Assembly: GCA_000934665.2 (NCBI GenBank)
Contig: KZ538454.1
Coordinates: forward strand, 1 to 64,000
DNA length: 64,000 nt
Direction of reading: 5' to 3'
DNA from: Catajapyx aquilonaris
Lineage: Eukaryota
Below, piece by piece: positions 39,401 through 50,100 of this stretch; position 1 is the first letter of the stretch, and every line of letters starts with the position of its first letter. A model generated the notes under the pieces. That model saw only the letters and a list, made by a program, of their open reading frames with translations. It was not told the origin of the DNA and made no database searches. Both the position numbers and the translations under genes were made by a program.

Positions 39401-42400
39401 GCTTCAACCACCCACCCTTCCATTTCGCAGGCCATACTTTTGAGGAGAAGAAATATGATCTGTAAGGATTAACAGGCGTGTGGCAGGTGATTCTTTTTCC
39501 TCTGATTTATTGGGCTTCATCTTGTGGCCTGTAATGCAGCAGGAATTTAAAGTAATCAATGTAAGAGTCGGTTATGAATTGCTCCTCGCATTGTTCGTGC
39601 TTTTGGATCCAGAAGCCAAAAAAAGAGTGGGAAATAAGAAGAAGAAGATGAGAAAAAATGAAGGATCTGTGCCACTCAGTCTGCCCTCAAAAAATTCTGA
39701 CCAGTCACATCTCCAGGTGATTGATTGAGACTTTAATTACCAAGGTGGCTCGTAAATAATTACATTTTCAATTTTCAGTCGGTGAGATTGATGATGCGCG
39801 TCTAGACCATTAAGGTGTGGAAAAAGAAACGGTGGCAGACGGTAGATGTCGCAAGGTATACAGGTGACATAATCAAGGTAATGGCTGACCCCAAGCCATG
39901 ATTACTGATTCGTTCCGTTGTAATGTGAAAGAGCCAGCAGGTGGTGCCATCGTGTTTGTTTTGGACACCATTCTGTTGCCGGAGGTGTGGGAAACATGCA
40001 GGTTTAAGGCGCCACTTATTTGTTTCTTTCACATGGCGCCACCTCTAAGCGAGGATCCAACTAATGAGCTATTGCTTTCAAAGTGACGAGGCGATTTATC
40101 CGGTGGAATGATTTCTAAGAACTTTTCTGCCGGAATGTTTTTCGAGAACAGGATCTGTGTCAGGTGTGTTCATAAATTATTAAAGTAACTTGTGAATGTT
40201 GCTGAATTATACAAGGGGGAGATGGAAATATGATGCTTTTCAGAGTCGGTGCGAGGGCTTTTTTATTATTTACACCTGCACATAGAAACGAATGCTTGCT
40301 GGTCATACAGGCCCTTGTAAGTAATTTTAAGCACTGAAATGCAAATGTTACTTGTGCTTCACGCGATTTCACAGAAAATAGTCCCCTGACGCAAACGAGG
40401 AAGGTTTTGTACGTAGTGCGTCATTATAGTGAAAGAAAATGAAAATGCTGACAAGTTTCTCACTCGCTACGTCAATGAAATTAGCCTCTCGTGTATCTAT
40501 GTTTACCTTCCTCATTGGTTTTTACTTGGAATATTATTTTATGCGTTGTATAGAGCTAGGAGACTTGCAATGTGAAGGTTTGTGCTGGAGTGGGAATTTT
40601 ACATGGGATGCAGATGACGAATGTAATTCAGGCTATACGGAGGTGTAAGAAATGTTCTGAAGGGAAAAAAGTTGATATGTTATACAGTACACAGATTGCT
40701 GAGAAGTAATCGTGATTGCATGTGTGGATGAATACATGCAAGGACATGTAATTAACATGCAAAGAAATAAAGGGTGATCGCATTGAGAGTTCTTAATGGG
40801 TAAATTATCAGAAAAAGTGAATTGTTCTTGCGAAAGAAGGGAAAAAACGTAAGGAAATGGTTGCTTAAAGATTTCTTCATGATCTGTTTTCTCGTGGTGT
40901 TGCGTATTTTTCACTGATGTGAAAAAATCTCATTTTCAATAATTATAATTTGAATTATGTAAGTTGTCATTGATGGGCATGGGAAAATTTCTTAAACCAA
41001 TTATATAAATGAGCAGTATTTAAAAAATTTCAAGCTCAATTTTTTATTCTGAGTATCTCGCAATAATTCGTTTGCAAAAAGTACTGCTATAAGTTTCGAA
41101 AAACCTACATGTTTATTGGTTGAATGTTTTCTATATGTACATAAATAGTATTGTTTGATTTATTTTTAAAATATAGGAATATGCGGTATCTTGTATCTTG
41201 CATAAGTTCTTTCTGTTGCTGTGGCCTCTCGGAGTGTGGGCACATTGTAAATCATGATTATATGCGTTATCCAATATGATGTTATCTTAAAATGGCGGGG
41301 ATTTTTAACTATGGTTATGATAACTTCTCCTCTCGGACAAACTACAATTTCCATGAATAACTCTTTGCTCTTTTCCGTAGGAATCTGTTTTATTAATGTA
41401 TGTTATCGTAGGGGAAATGTCAGCATGTTAAATCAAGAATTTCCCATAAGCCTATATGCAATTCTGCGAACTCAGTTGCTGTAAGTTATTTTAAAAATAT
41501 CCTACAATGCATACTGCATTACATTTAAATAATGTGCACAGAGCTTCATCGGGGTTCGTAATGGCAGCAGCGACTTATCAATATTTAAAATTCATACATA
41601 TCTCACAAAAATCATACGTTGGAGGTAGCTCATAACTCGGCAGTTGTAAAATAATAGCCGTTTAGCAAGATGCATTCCGTTAAATGTTTAATATCTTCCA
41701 ATGTTCCAATCATCGCGTCCTTATAAAACCGGTTCAGCATTGACGCACCTGCTTCTAATTTGTTGGCCTTCTTTTCGGCTGTAATTTATGTTCAGATAAT
41801 TATTATTAAAGTTTATTATAAGCATAAAACAAAGACAGATATTCTTGTCAGCGATCCTAATTGCTTGATATCACATTGTCATTGTAGCCAAATTAGTTTA
41901 GTTTTTGACACGCAAATAAAAATGTACACATTTATAAATCATAGTCTACTGCAGAGTATAATCGAGCACAATTTTAAAACCAGGTACATGTTGAGCGGTG
42001 AATGCAACCTGGCATATATATGCAATACTGGAGTTTCTTCAGTTATGCTCCAGCGCATATAGCTTGGACTTTAATTCTGTATACCTTTGTAGCGAGTTGA
42101 ATACCTCGGAATATAAGTCGTTGGTTTCTGGCCATATACATATAATATCTAGGTTGTAGCAAGGCCTGAGGTAACACACTTTTTAAAGTTATTTAACTAT
42201 GCAGCTTAAAATAAGTTGCAAAATTTCAGGTTGCGCATGCAACTGTCACATGTTTCCATAATCCGAGGAGCGCATTGCATGATGTTTAAAATATTTACAT
42301 ACAAGCATGTAGGCCTATCCAGCCTATACCACTACGCACGACAACCAGGAGTGTATCAACGCTAAAATTAGTTGCTAACGTGGTACTTTAGGTATTAAAT

Positions 42401-43468
42401 CTTTTTAACACCTTTTCAGATCTTCGTGCACCATAAAGCTGTCCTTATGGATATGTGTATTGTTTAGAAATTAAGATTCGCACCTCATGGTGCCAATCTG
42501 TGCGCATTCATTGCAAATGCGTACAATGTTCCAAACAAACCGTGGCAATCTGACGAAGACATCAGTGCGAAAAGGTACAGACCGCGTGAATGGTGAGGAG
42601 AATTGGCAGTTTTGTACGTTTTTTTTGCTGTCGGATGGTCACGCTCAGTTGGCCTCAATAAAGAGGGCAAGGTGTGACCAAAGCGGTTTCCTAATGAAGC
42701 TTGCCCACTTTGGAAAAAAGATGTCGCGATTACCCCCGCCTTATATAAGACTGGCAATAAGACTCTATGTTGTTCCCACATGCACCATCCAAGGCCAGTG
42801 GTCCCCCGTTCAGCATTGATGGATTCGAACAAAAGGGTCCTCCTTTGATTTGGTCACTCTGAGACCCACTGGCTATTCCGATTATCGCCGTTGGAGCTTA
42901 GGTTATGAGCTCATGGGGAAGAGGATTCGCTCTGGCCGTTTCTTTTCCTACGCCGATGAGAAAGTCCACGGCGGAAGAATCACGCAGTACCTTTAATAAT
43001 CACGCGATCCGATCCATTACAATGAATGAGAAATTACGAGCCAAGTTTCTGCCACTAAAATTGACCTGGATGATCATTTCCTCCAGGGTGAGACCTGAAT
43101 TTTTGGGTAGTAAGGTCGACCTTGCCTAACCTCAATCAGCACGGTTATTAGAGGTCACCAGAGTTGGTTTCCCCGAGGGAAGATTCAAGTTGGTAGAGTG
43201 GTCAGGCAGCCAAAGCCCCGTGAAAGGTGTGAAATTACACGTTGCCTTCCCTATTCATCGAGGGACTCGCTTGATCGGGGAGGTACCTTGGTATTTTTTT
43301 TACTGGCAAAGGGAAGAAAAAGTCAGTAAACCCTGTCTGATACTGATGACCGCTAGATGGCGTTCGGTGCCGGTGTGATTGAGGCTACACCAAAGGCTAC
43401 ACTGTTTGTAATTGGTCCTGCAGTCAAGGTGGAGGCTAGCTTCACATAATTAGTCTGTACCAGCCCCC

Positions 43469-43756
43469 GGACACTTCCCCTACAATCTTATCTTATCGCC
43501 TGCCGAGGAATTTTGCATGAGGTGCTCACCTGAGAGCGCCATGAGACAGCTGTTCATTGTGCAATTATGTGGCGACCCTACCGGACTACGCTGAACTAAG
43601 GTAGAAGAGAAGCCGCTACATGTGGGCCCAATGTAGCGCTTCCCTTTTGTACCTATAGCCTACAGTTCAGCGTAGTCCGGTAGGGTCGCCACATAATTGC
43701 ACAATGAAAAGCTGTCTCATGGCGCTCTCAAGTGCAGGCGATAAGAGGGAGTGTCC
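43469..43756. mobile_element. Foldback/palindromic element, unclassified
   Basis: 67-bp arms 43531-43597 and 43664-43730 with one mismatch. Inner hairpin cgctacat-g-tgggccca-atgtagcg. Outer pairing cttatcgcctgc/gcaggcgataag and ggacact/agtgtcc across indels. Confidence 0.82.
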
Positions 43757-44806
43757 AGACCTTAGTATTCTAAGACCATGGTCTGTACACTCTATGCAGA
43801 TTGCCCTTTTGAGCAAGGCTAGGGCCAAGTGCTCAAACGTCTTAAATCGCAGACTGGCTCTTTTTCAGCGTGAAATTGCGAGTTGTTTTCTACGCCATCT
43901 TTTTTTTTCTCTCTCTTTCCTGCTCCCTCTTCCTCCCGTAGCTGTTGGAATGAAGCGTAATTTCGTTTGGGGAAAACGCTTGGAAATCTGGTCCACTGTA
44001 ATGAGGCTTACGAGTGATTATTTCTGAAAGCGGCGGAACTTGCCATATCTCTAAGTCATCCGGAAATTGGGTTCTTCCGCCTGCGTCACTTACAGAAGAG
44101 GCGAGATTCTCCCCGAGTCTTCTTGTTGGCAGCCTCCAATCGCAGGCCTATCATACTATTCTTAGTATAGCATATCTGGCTGTGCGATGAGCACCATTTC
44201 GCCCAACACTCGATCCCGCGGATTTAATTAGCCGCTTGTTTTACTCCCTTCGTTCCTCACAGCCGAATCTCAATCAAGTCATTCGCTATCCTTCACTTGC
44301 TCCAGGGCCAAAAGTTGGTTCGACATGGTTGCTTCTTGGATGTTTCGTATATGAACATATAGTTTTTCTCGGGCTATTGAAAAGGGGAGCATCCGAAAAC
44401 GATTTGTGGATCCACTTGTGAATGGGGGGAAGAATGGCGACTTTATAAGCCAAAGGGGCTGGAGTAAAGCGGCAAAAAAACACACGGAAGTGGAGGGGGA
44501 CGATCGGAATCCCCAAAAGTGGATCCCCAAAGAGCCAAGACCAACATCTATTGGACGATTTGGAGAGTCAGGTCAAGAGCTGGATTTTACGAGCTGTTTA
44601 TGCAAAGCTAGAAACAAATCGGTTTTCTCCGATTTTATCGATATTGAATGTGTTGTGCTCGATTAATCACATATTTTATCGATTTTACTTGACAATTTTA
44701 AGAAAATGTGTCAAAAATTTTGGAGCTCTACCTATGCAGCAGCAGTTCTATGGGGTACTAAAAAACGTAACAACAACAAGAAGTTGGAAATATTCATTGT
44801 TGAAAA

Positions 44807-44875
44807 GGCGGTCTTACTTAGGGTCTTGGTAAGACCGCCCCCATAAGTAAGACCGTCTTACTTATAGGGGCGGTC
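44807..44875. repeat. Overlapping short palindromes built from a GGCGGTCTTACTTA motif; probably the interior of an old element at about 44610-45280
   Basis: ggcggtcttac...gtaagaccgcc overlaps a 43-bp palindrome gaccgcccccataagtaagac-c-gtcttacttataggggcggtc (44833-44875, one mismatch). Confidence 0.75.
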
Positions 44876-44947
44876 ATACGTAGGGGTTATATCGATATAT
44901 CGAAATTAGGGGCTTACTTAGGGGGGCTATATTGATATTAGGGACTT

Positions 44948-45217
44948 GGGGACCGAAGCAGGTTGGTGTAGGGGATAAGGAGCCCGCCTGCTAATCGGAA
45001 GGTCCTGGGTTCGAATCACGGGGCCGGCGACCCTGACCATGGTTTTCTGTGGTTTTCCATGGTCCCCTCCAGGACAATTCCGGGGTCATTTCCGTAAAAT
45101 AGGCCACAGCCGCTTCATTCCTTCCCTATCCCTGGTCGCCATCCAATGGTGGTAATCCACCCCCCTAAGGGAGCCAAAGGCTCTAGCACGGGGTATGAAA
45201 TAAATAAAATAAAAATA
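44948..45217 (+). mobile_element. tRNA-derived SINE (about 270 bp)
   Basis: A-box-like TGGTGTAGGGG (44964), B box GGTTCGAATC (45008-45017) and an A-rich (AAAT)n tail. A 13-bp TSD atattaggg(a/t)ctt lies at 44935-44947 and 45218-45230. The body (ggttttctgtggttttcc...ccagg...ccggg...aggccacagccgcttc) resembles, from memory, the central domain of many invertebrate SINEs. Confidence 0.9.
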
Positions 45218-45290
45218 ATATTAGGGTCTTAGGGGGCGGGCTTAATTATTGACGATATCCATAATTTTTACCGAATTTCTTTTGTTTCAG

Positions 45291-45422
45291 ATCCGCTTCC
45301 AGTGCTGGAACTATGTGCCGAATCGCAAGAGAGACTGGCCCAACTGGAAGAGGACAACAAGCAGCTGAGGGAAGCGCTGGACGACTACAACCAGGCCGAA
45401 ATCAAGGAGGTCAAGAGCCAAG
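45291..45422 (+). CDS. CUX1: Internal coding exon of a CUX1/Cut-CASP family gene (N-terminal coiled-coil region); partial CDS
   Basis: Acceptor ttcttttgtttcag ends at 45290 and donor AG|gtcagt starts at 45423. The exon is 132 nt, phase 1-1 and open: (D)PLPVLELCAESQERLAQLEEDNKQLREALDDYNQAEIKEVKSQ. It aligns by eye with the human CUX1/CASP segment as I recall it, [47 protein letters not shown], which I recall has the same D and Q-E exon boundaries. No database search was run. Confidence 0.88.
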
Positions 45423-46450
45423 GTCAGTCACGATACGTGGGTCACACTTGCGCGCGGCTGTAAATGATTGGCTTTGGTCGTGGCATCGCCTTTCTTGTGG
45501 GCCTAGGTGGGTCCAATTTTGCGGTGAGGCCGTATAAATCGCGTTGGCTTATCAAGGGAAATCGAATATTCTCCTTTTCCCGCCGTATATTCGCCTCCAC
45601 AAACCCTTCGCCTTTTCACAGGGGGGGCGAAAAAAGGGGTTCTTTGAATCCCAGCAACTCTTTGAAAGTTGGAAAATACTCCGTTGTAAAACATGGTTCC
45701 CTTTTGATTTCTTATTCCTGCTGGTATCCTGCAGGTCTTTTGCAGGTGAATTTTTTTTTGCTTTCATATCAAAAAATGACTTCCATATTCGACGACCAGA
45801 AAAGTTTGTAGTAAATCAGGTAGAAGGAGATGAGAATCAAGTCTGGGGAATTAAAGGCAAGTTTGTCTTGCAGGCGTGAATAGTGCAGCTAGGTAGTTAA
45901 TTTCTTCTTTTAGGTGGCTGAGCACCCTGGGTAATTCCTTGCGCCCCATGCCGCCCCCTTACCCCCTCCCCCCCTTTTCTTTCTCGGTCCTAGATAAAGG
46001 TGCTAGAATCCCCGCTGATAATTTTCGTCTTCACACCAGATATTTCATTCCGGGGCCTTAAATAGTAAAAGATCCGGCGGAAGTTTGTTCCGTATTTCTT
46101 CCTTGATTGCGTCTAAAAAGGCTATTGGGGAGAGAGCTCTCTTTGCCAGCACTCTCTGCCCGTAATCTATGTAGGGCCCGGATCTAATCAGAAAGCCAGG
46201 CAATTCCTGATGTCTACCTGGGAATCCAATTACACTATTAAACCCCCCCTCCTCCCCCTTCCCTCTCCTCCTCCCCCCCAGACCCCCGTCCCTTGATTTC
46301 CGGGCCAGAGTGCTGGGCATTTGTTGATGAAATGTCCGGGACACAGTCTATAGGAGAGGCCCAGTCCTCCATCACTCCTTGCTCTAATTGAGCCGCTTCC
46401 TTTTACTTCCACTAGATGCTTCCATATCGGAGATTCGCCATTTCTTGCCA

Positions 46451-47158
46451 TTTATTGGCTTATTTACGCAAAATCGAGCTACAACAGCTCTTCCCGACAG
46501 CTGGGAGGAAGCTGCACAGCTCCATTTTGCTCAAAAAAATATTTAGGAATAAGCATTTATTGCCACATTGGCCTTATTAGCCTTTTTTCCGCAAAATCGA
46601 GCTGTGACAGCTCCTCCCAACAGCTGGGAGGAAGCTGCACAGCTCCATTTTGCTAAGAAAAGCTTTGGGAATAAGCTTTTATTTGTACATTGGCCTTATT
46701 AGCGTTTCTTCCGCAAAATCGAGCTGTGACAGCTCCTCTCGACAGCTGGGAGGAAGCTGCGCAGCTCCATATTGCTAAAAAAAAAGCTTTGGGAATAAGA
46801 TTTTATTGGTACATTGACCTTATTAGCCTCTATACGCAAAATCGAACTGTGACAGCTAGCTGGGAGGAAGCTGCACAGCTCCATTTTGCGTTAAAAAAGC
46901 TAATGCTTTAATAACAAGCTTTTATTGGTACATTGACCTTATTAGCTTTTTTACGCAAAATCGAGCCGTGACAGCTAGGAGGGAGCTACCACAGCTCCAC
47001 TTTGCTTAAAAAAGCTTTGGGAATAAACTTGGCCTAATTAGCTTTTCAGGCAAAATCGAGCTGTGACAGCTCTTCCGCGACAGCTGTGGGGAACTGTCAC
47101 AGCTCCATTTTGCACAAAAAAAAAGCTTAGGGAACTAGCTTTTATTGGCACATTGGCT
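46451..47158. repeat. Tandem array of about 120-bp units, 6 copies
   Basis: The anchor (c/g)gcaaaatcga occurs at 46467, 46590, 46712, 46835, 46954 and 47049 (spacings 123, 122, 123, 119, 95). Confidence 0.95.
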
Positions 47159-50100
47159 GTATTTCCCACTTGGAGCGGTCAGAGGTTATTGAAATAATCA
47201 GTGTGATTCCTTTCGGTTGATCTTCAGCCTTCCATCGCCCCCCACGAGCTCTGATCGGTCCAGCTGACAGCTTCCTTTGTGCGCGTTTCCTCGATAAATT
47301 CAATCTTAGCCATGTTCCGCCTGTCACGCGGTTTCCCCTTCTCTTCGGAGGGAAAAAAAACCTTGGGGGGGCGAAAAACTGGCTCCTTTTCAAGCCAGGA
47401 TTGGCAGTGATTGGCGTGGCGAATCGAGGCTCAATCGAGTCAGAAGCCAAGCGGAACATGGAATCAGCGCTCTTTGATTCCTGGAGAAATTTTTTCGACT
47501 CTGATTGAAGCCGGGGTATTTTTTTAGCTGAAAGGAAGCCGCATACTGAAGGTTATGTGCATAATTATTATTGCTCGGGTCTGAACATAAATCCTGATTT
47601 GACGTGATCATAATTGCCCAAAGTGCTCCAATCAGTAGCGCTTTGATTTATATCACCCCCCTGCTGGGCTCAACACAAGAGACCTGCAGGGAACTGGACC
47701 AATGAGGAGCCGGTTTTAAGGCAGGGATGACCAAATGTGGGAAGATTATTTTTTATACCGTACGATATTGTTTCCCAAGCCTTTCCCGTCACGAGATGAT
47801 TCAAAGTCTTCCGTGACGGATCCATTGCTTAGGTAAAATAATTTTATGTTATCTTTCCCCTACAAGGTCAAGTTACATGCGGGGGGATATGCCCATTGCT
47901 AGCAACAAATGCGAATGTTCCAATAAGCCTTCCCATATCGTGCGGGGCACTCAGTTTTCGCACGGTACGCTATTGGCTAGATTCTGACGGCTTTATTGTT
48001 TCGTAACAACTGGCCACCTTTATCGGTGGGAAGGGATTGTGCCATCTCTCGATGCAAACCTTCTCTCCCGATCGTTAAGTGCGCAAGGTGAGCTGTAATT
48101 ATGGGAACGCGATGGATCCGTTCACATCGGACCAGCATCATAATAATCATGACGCCTTTCGTTTTCATTCCACTTCCTGTCATGCTGCTCGATTTATAGG
48201 TCCAAATCATGCTCGTCATTGTTGCCATCCGGAATTTTTCACAAATTTATAGTAAATATTTGGCAATTGTTGGTCAGCCCTGGACATCCCCCCCAGTCGG
48301 CGTTACGGTGACCAATCAATTAGTAGCAGGAATGTGAATAGCAAATGGGCATTCCAAGCCCTCCACTCTTCTCAGCGTGGTCGGCAAAAGAAAACCGACC
48401 ATTTGTCACCTGAGCAGGCCATCGCTCCGGAGAGCAGCTGTGTTGCCACTTTTACCTGTATGCACCACGACTACATTCCAGGATACGCTCATTTATAGAC
48501 TGAGATGCAATTGACATATTTAGAATATATATAGATGACATCCTAGCATTTGTCACTGGCTTATCTAGATGACAGTGACATATTCAGCAGCAATTGATTC
48601 ATTTGGTGTGCCGGGTTTGGTCAAGGAGTAACCACGGGCAGGTGCGGGCCAATTAGGCCCTGTCCAAGATTGCCGATAGACTGAGGAGGATGGGAAGAAA
48701 GAGCGGGGCATGTGCGGCATGTGATGGCCATTCCGGGCTGATCTGCATGCGGCACCACGTGGCTCCGGGGTCTAATGGGCTAGGGCCAATCGCGCCCGAG
48801 TTCCGGAACGGTCATCGGTGATGGAGCCCATTTGGCGCGCCTTGGGAATGGGCCTCGGAAGCACGTTAGCCTTTGGCGGACTCGCCCAAGATGGCGCCGC
48901 CGTTAGGGAAATGGCCGCCGGAAGCGGAGCAAAATGGGGCCTTCTTGCCGCTGCTGCTGCCCCATCACCTCCTGATAATTAATTCCAGGGAGGACGACAT
49001 GCCTGCCCGAATCGCTGCTCCGCCACTCATTTTTGGCGGACACTGGCTGTCCACCTAGGCCTAGAGGACAGCTGGCCAGCCACACGAATCGTGATCCCCG
49101 GTTTTCTTAGGCTCCCGGATGACATTTGTCCCACCGCTCGGCGCCAAGGCCTTGCATGACAACGCTCGATTTGCCTTCAGCTAATGGCTACCATCCTTGA
49201 GGTATTCGAGAGGGATGCTCGTTTTTTCGATTGGCTATAAATTGCGTATGGGTCAAAGGGGATGTCAGGATTCTGATTGGTTTTTCCTAGAATTATGCAG
49301 GGAAGTTGTTTTTTCCTTCACATCTTGTGTTGAAAAGCAGCTTTATCTGAATGCAACCCAATCCGGATCACCCACAGCGATAACTGAGTGGGTGTTAGTT
49401 GCAATGAACAAAAATGTGCCGATTGCTATTGCTCAACATTTCGTGACTGCATAGCACCATTGACGCAAGAAAATTCTAGGAATAAATTGTATGCCATGTT
49501 CGTGCAATCATATATTCATAGATGTTGTATGTAACGAACAGCCTATCCTCTCACAGTCATATTTATAACGTAATCTGTGTACACCACCTTTTGGTTAAGA
49601 AATTCTTGAGGGTTTATAGCGTTATGGGAGTAATTGTTGTGATTTAAAAATCCTGGTTCATTAAGTGTCTATATGGCCATAGGTTAATGGAGCCCAGAGG
49701 CCCCTGTAAGTGAGACGAGGACAGGCTGCTGATAGTACTTTTTGGTGAATGATGAGGCTTTTGTGCGGGAAATTTGGTGTCCTTTGACCGATGGGCGTCG
49801 TGTGCGGCGTTGATTGAGTTATGGATGGCGCTGAGAAGCATCAGCGGAAGGAAGGAAAGGGGCTCATTAGTCAGGCGGCAGACAATAGCTGCCTGCCTGC
49901 CCGCGACTCTATCTCAGTGGCCTCCGTTTTCTTGCCCCCCACCACCGCCTCGACTCCCGTAGAAAAGGAGGGAAGGTTGACAAGTAACTATGTCTACCCG
50001 CAAACAAGTGTACAATAATCAATGACAATCATTTAAGACCCCCCCCTTCAGCCAGAGGGGGACTGGCTGGCTGGATGGGTGGGAAGAGAGATGATGATGA

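Noticed and set aside
44955..45030. tRNA gene (GCT anticodon-like loop)
   Set aside because: The acceptor stem is poor and it continues into a SINE body with a tail and TSD, so it is a SINE head.
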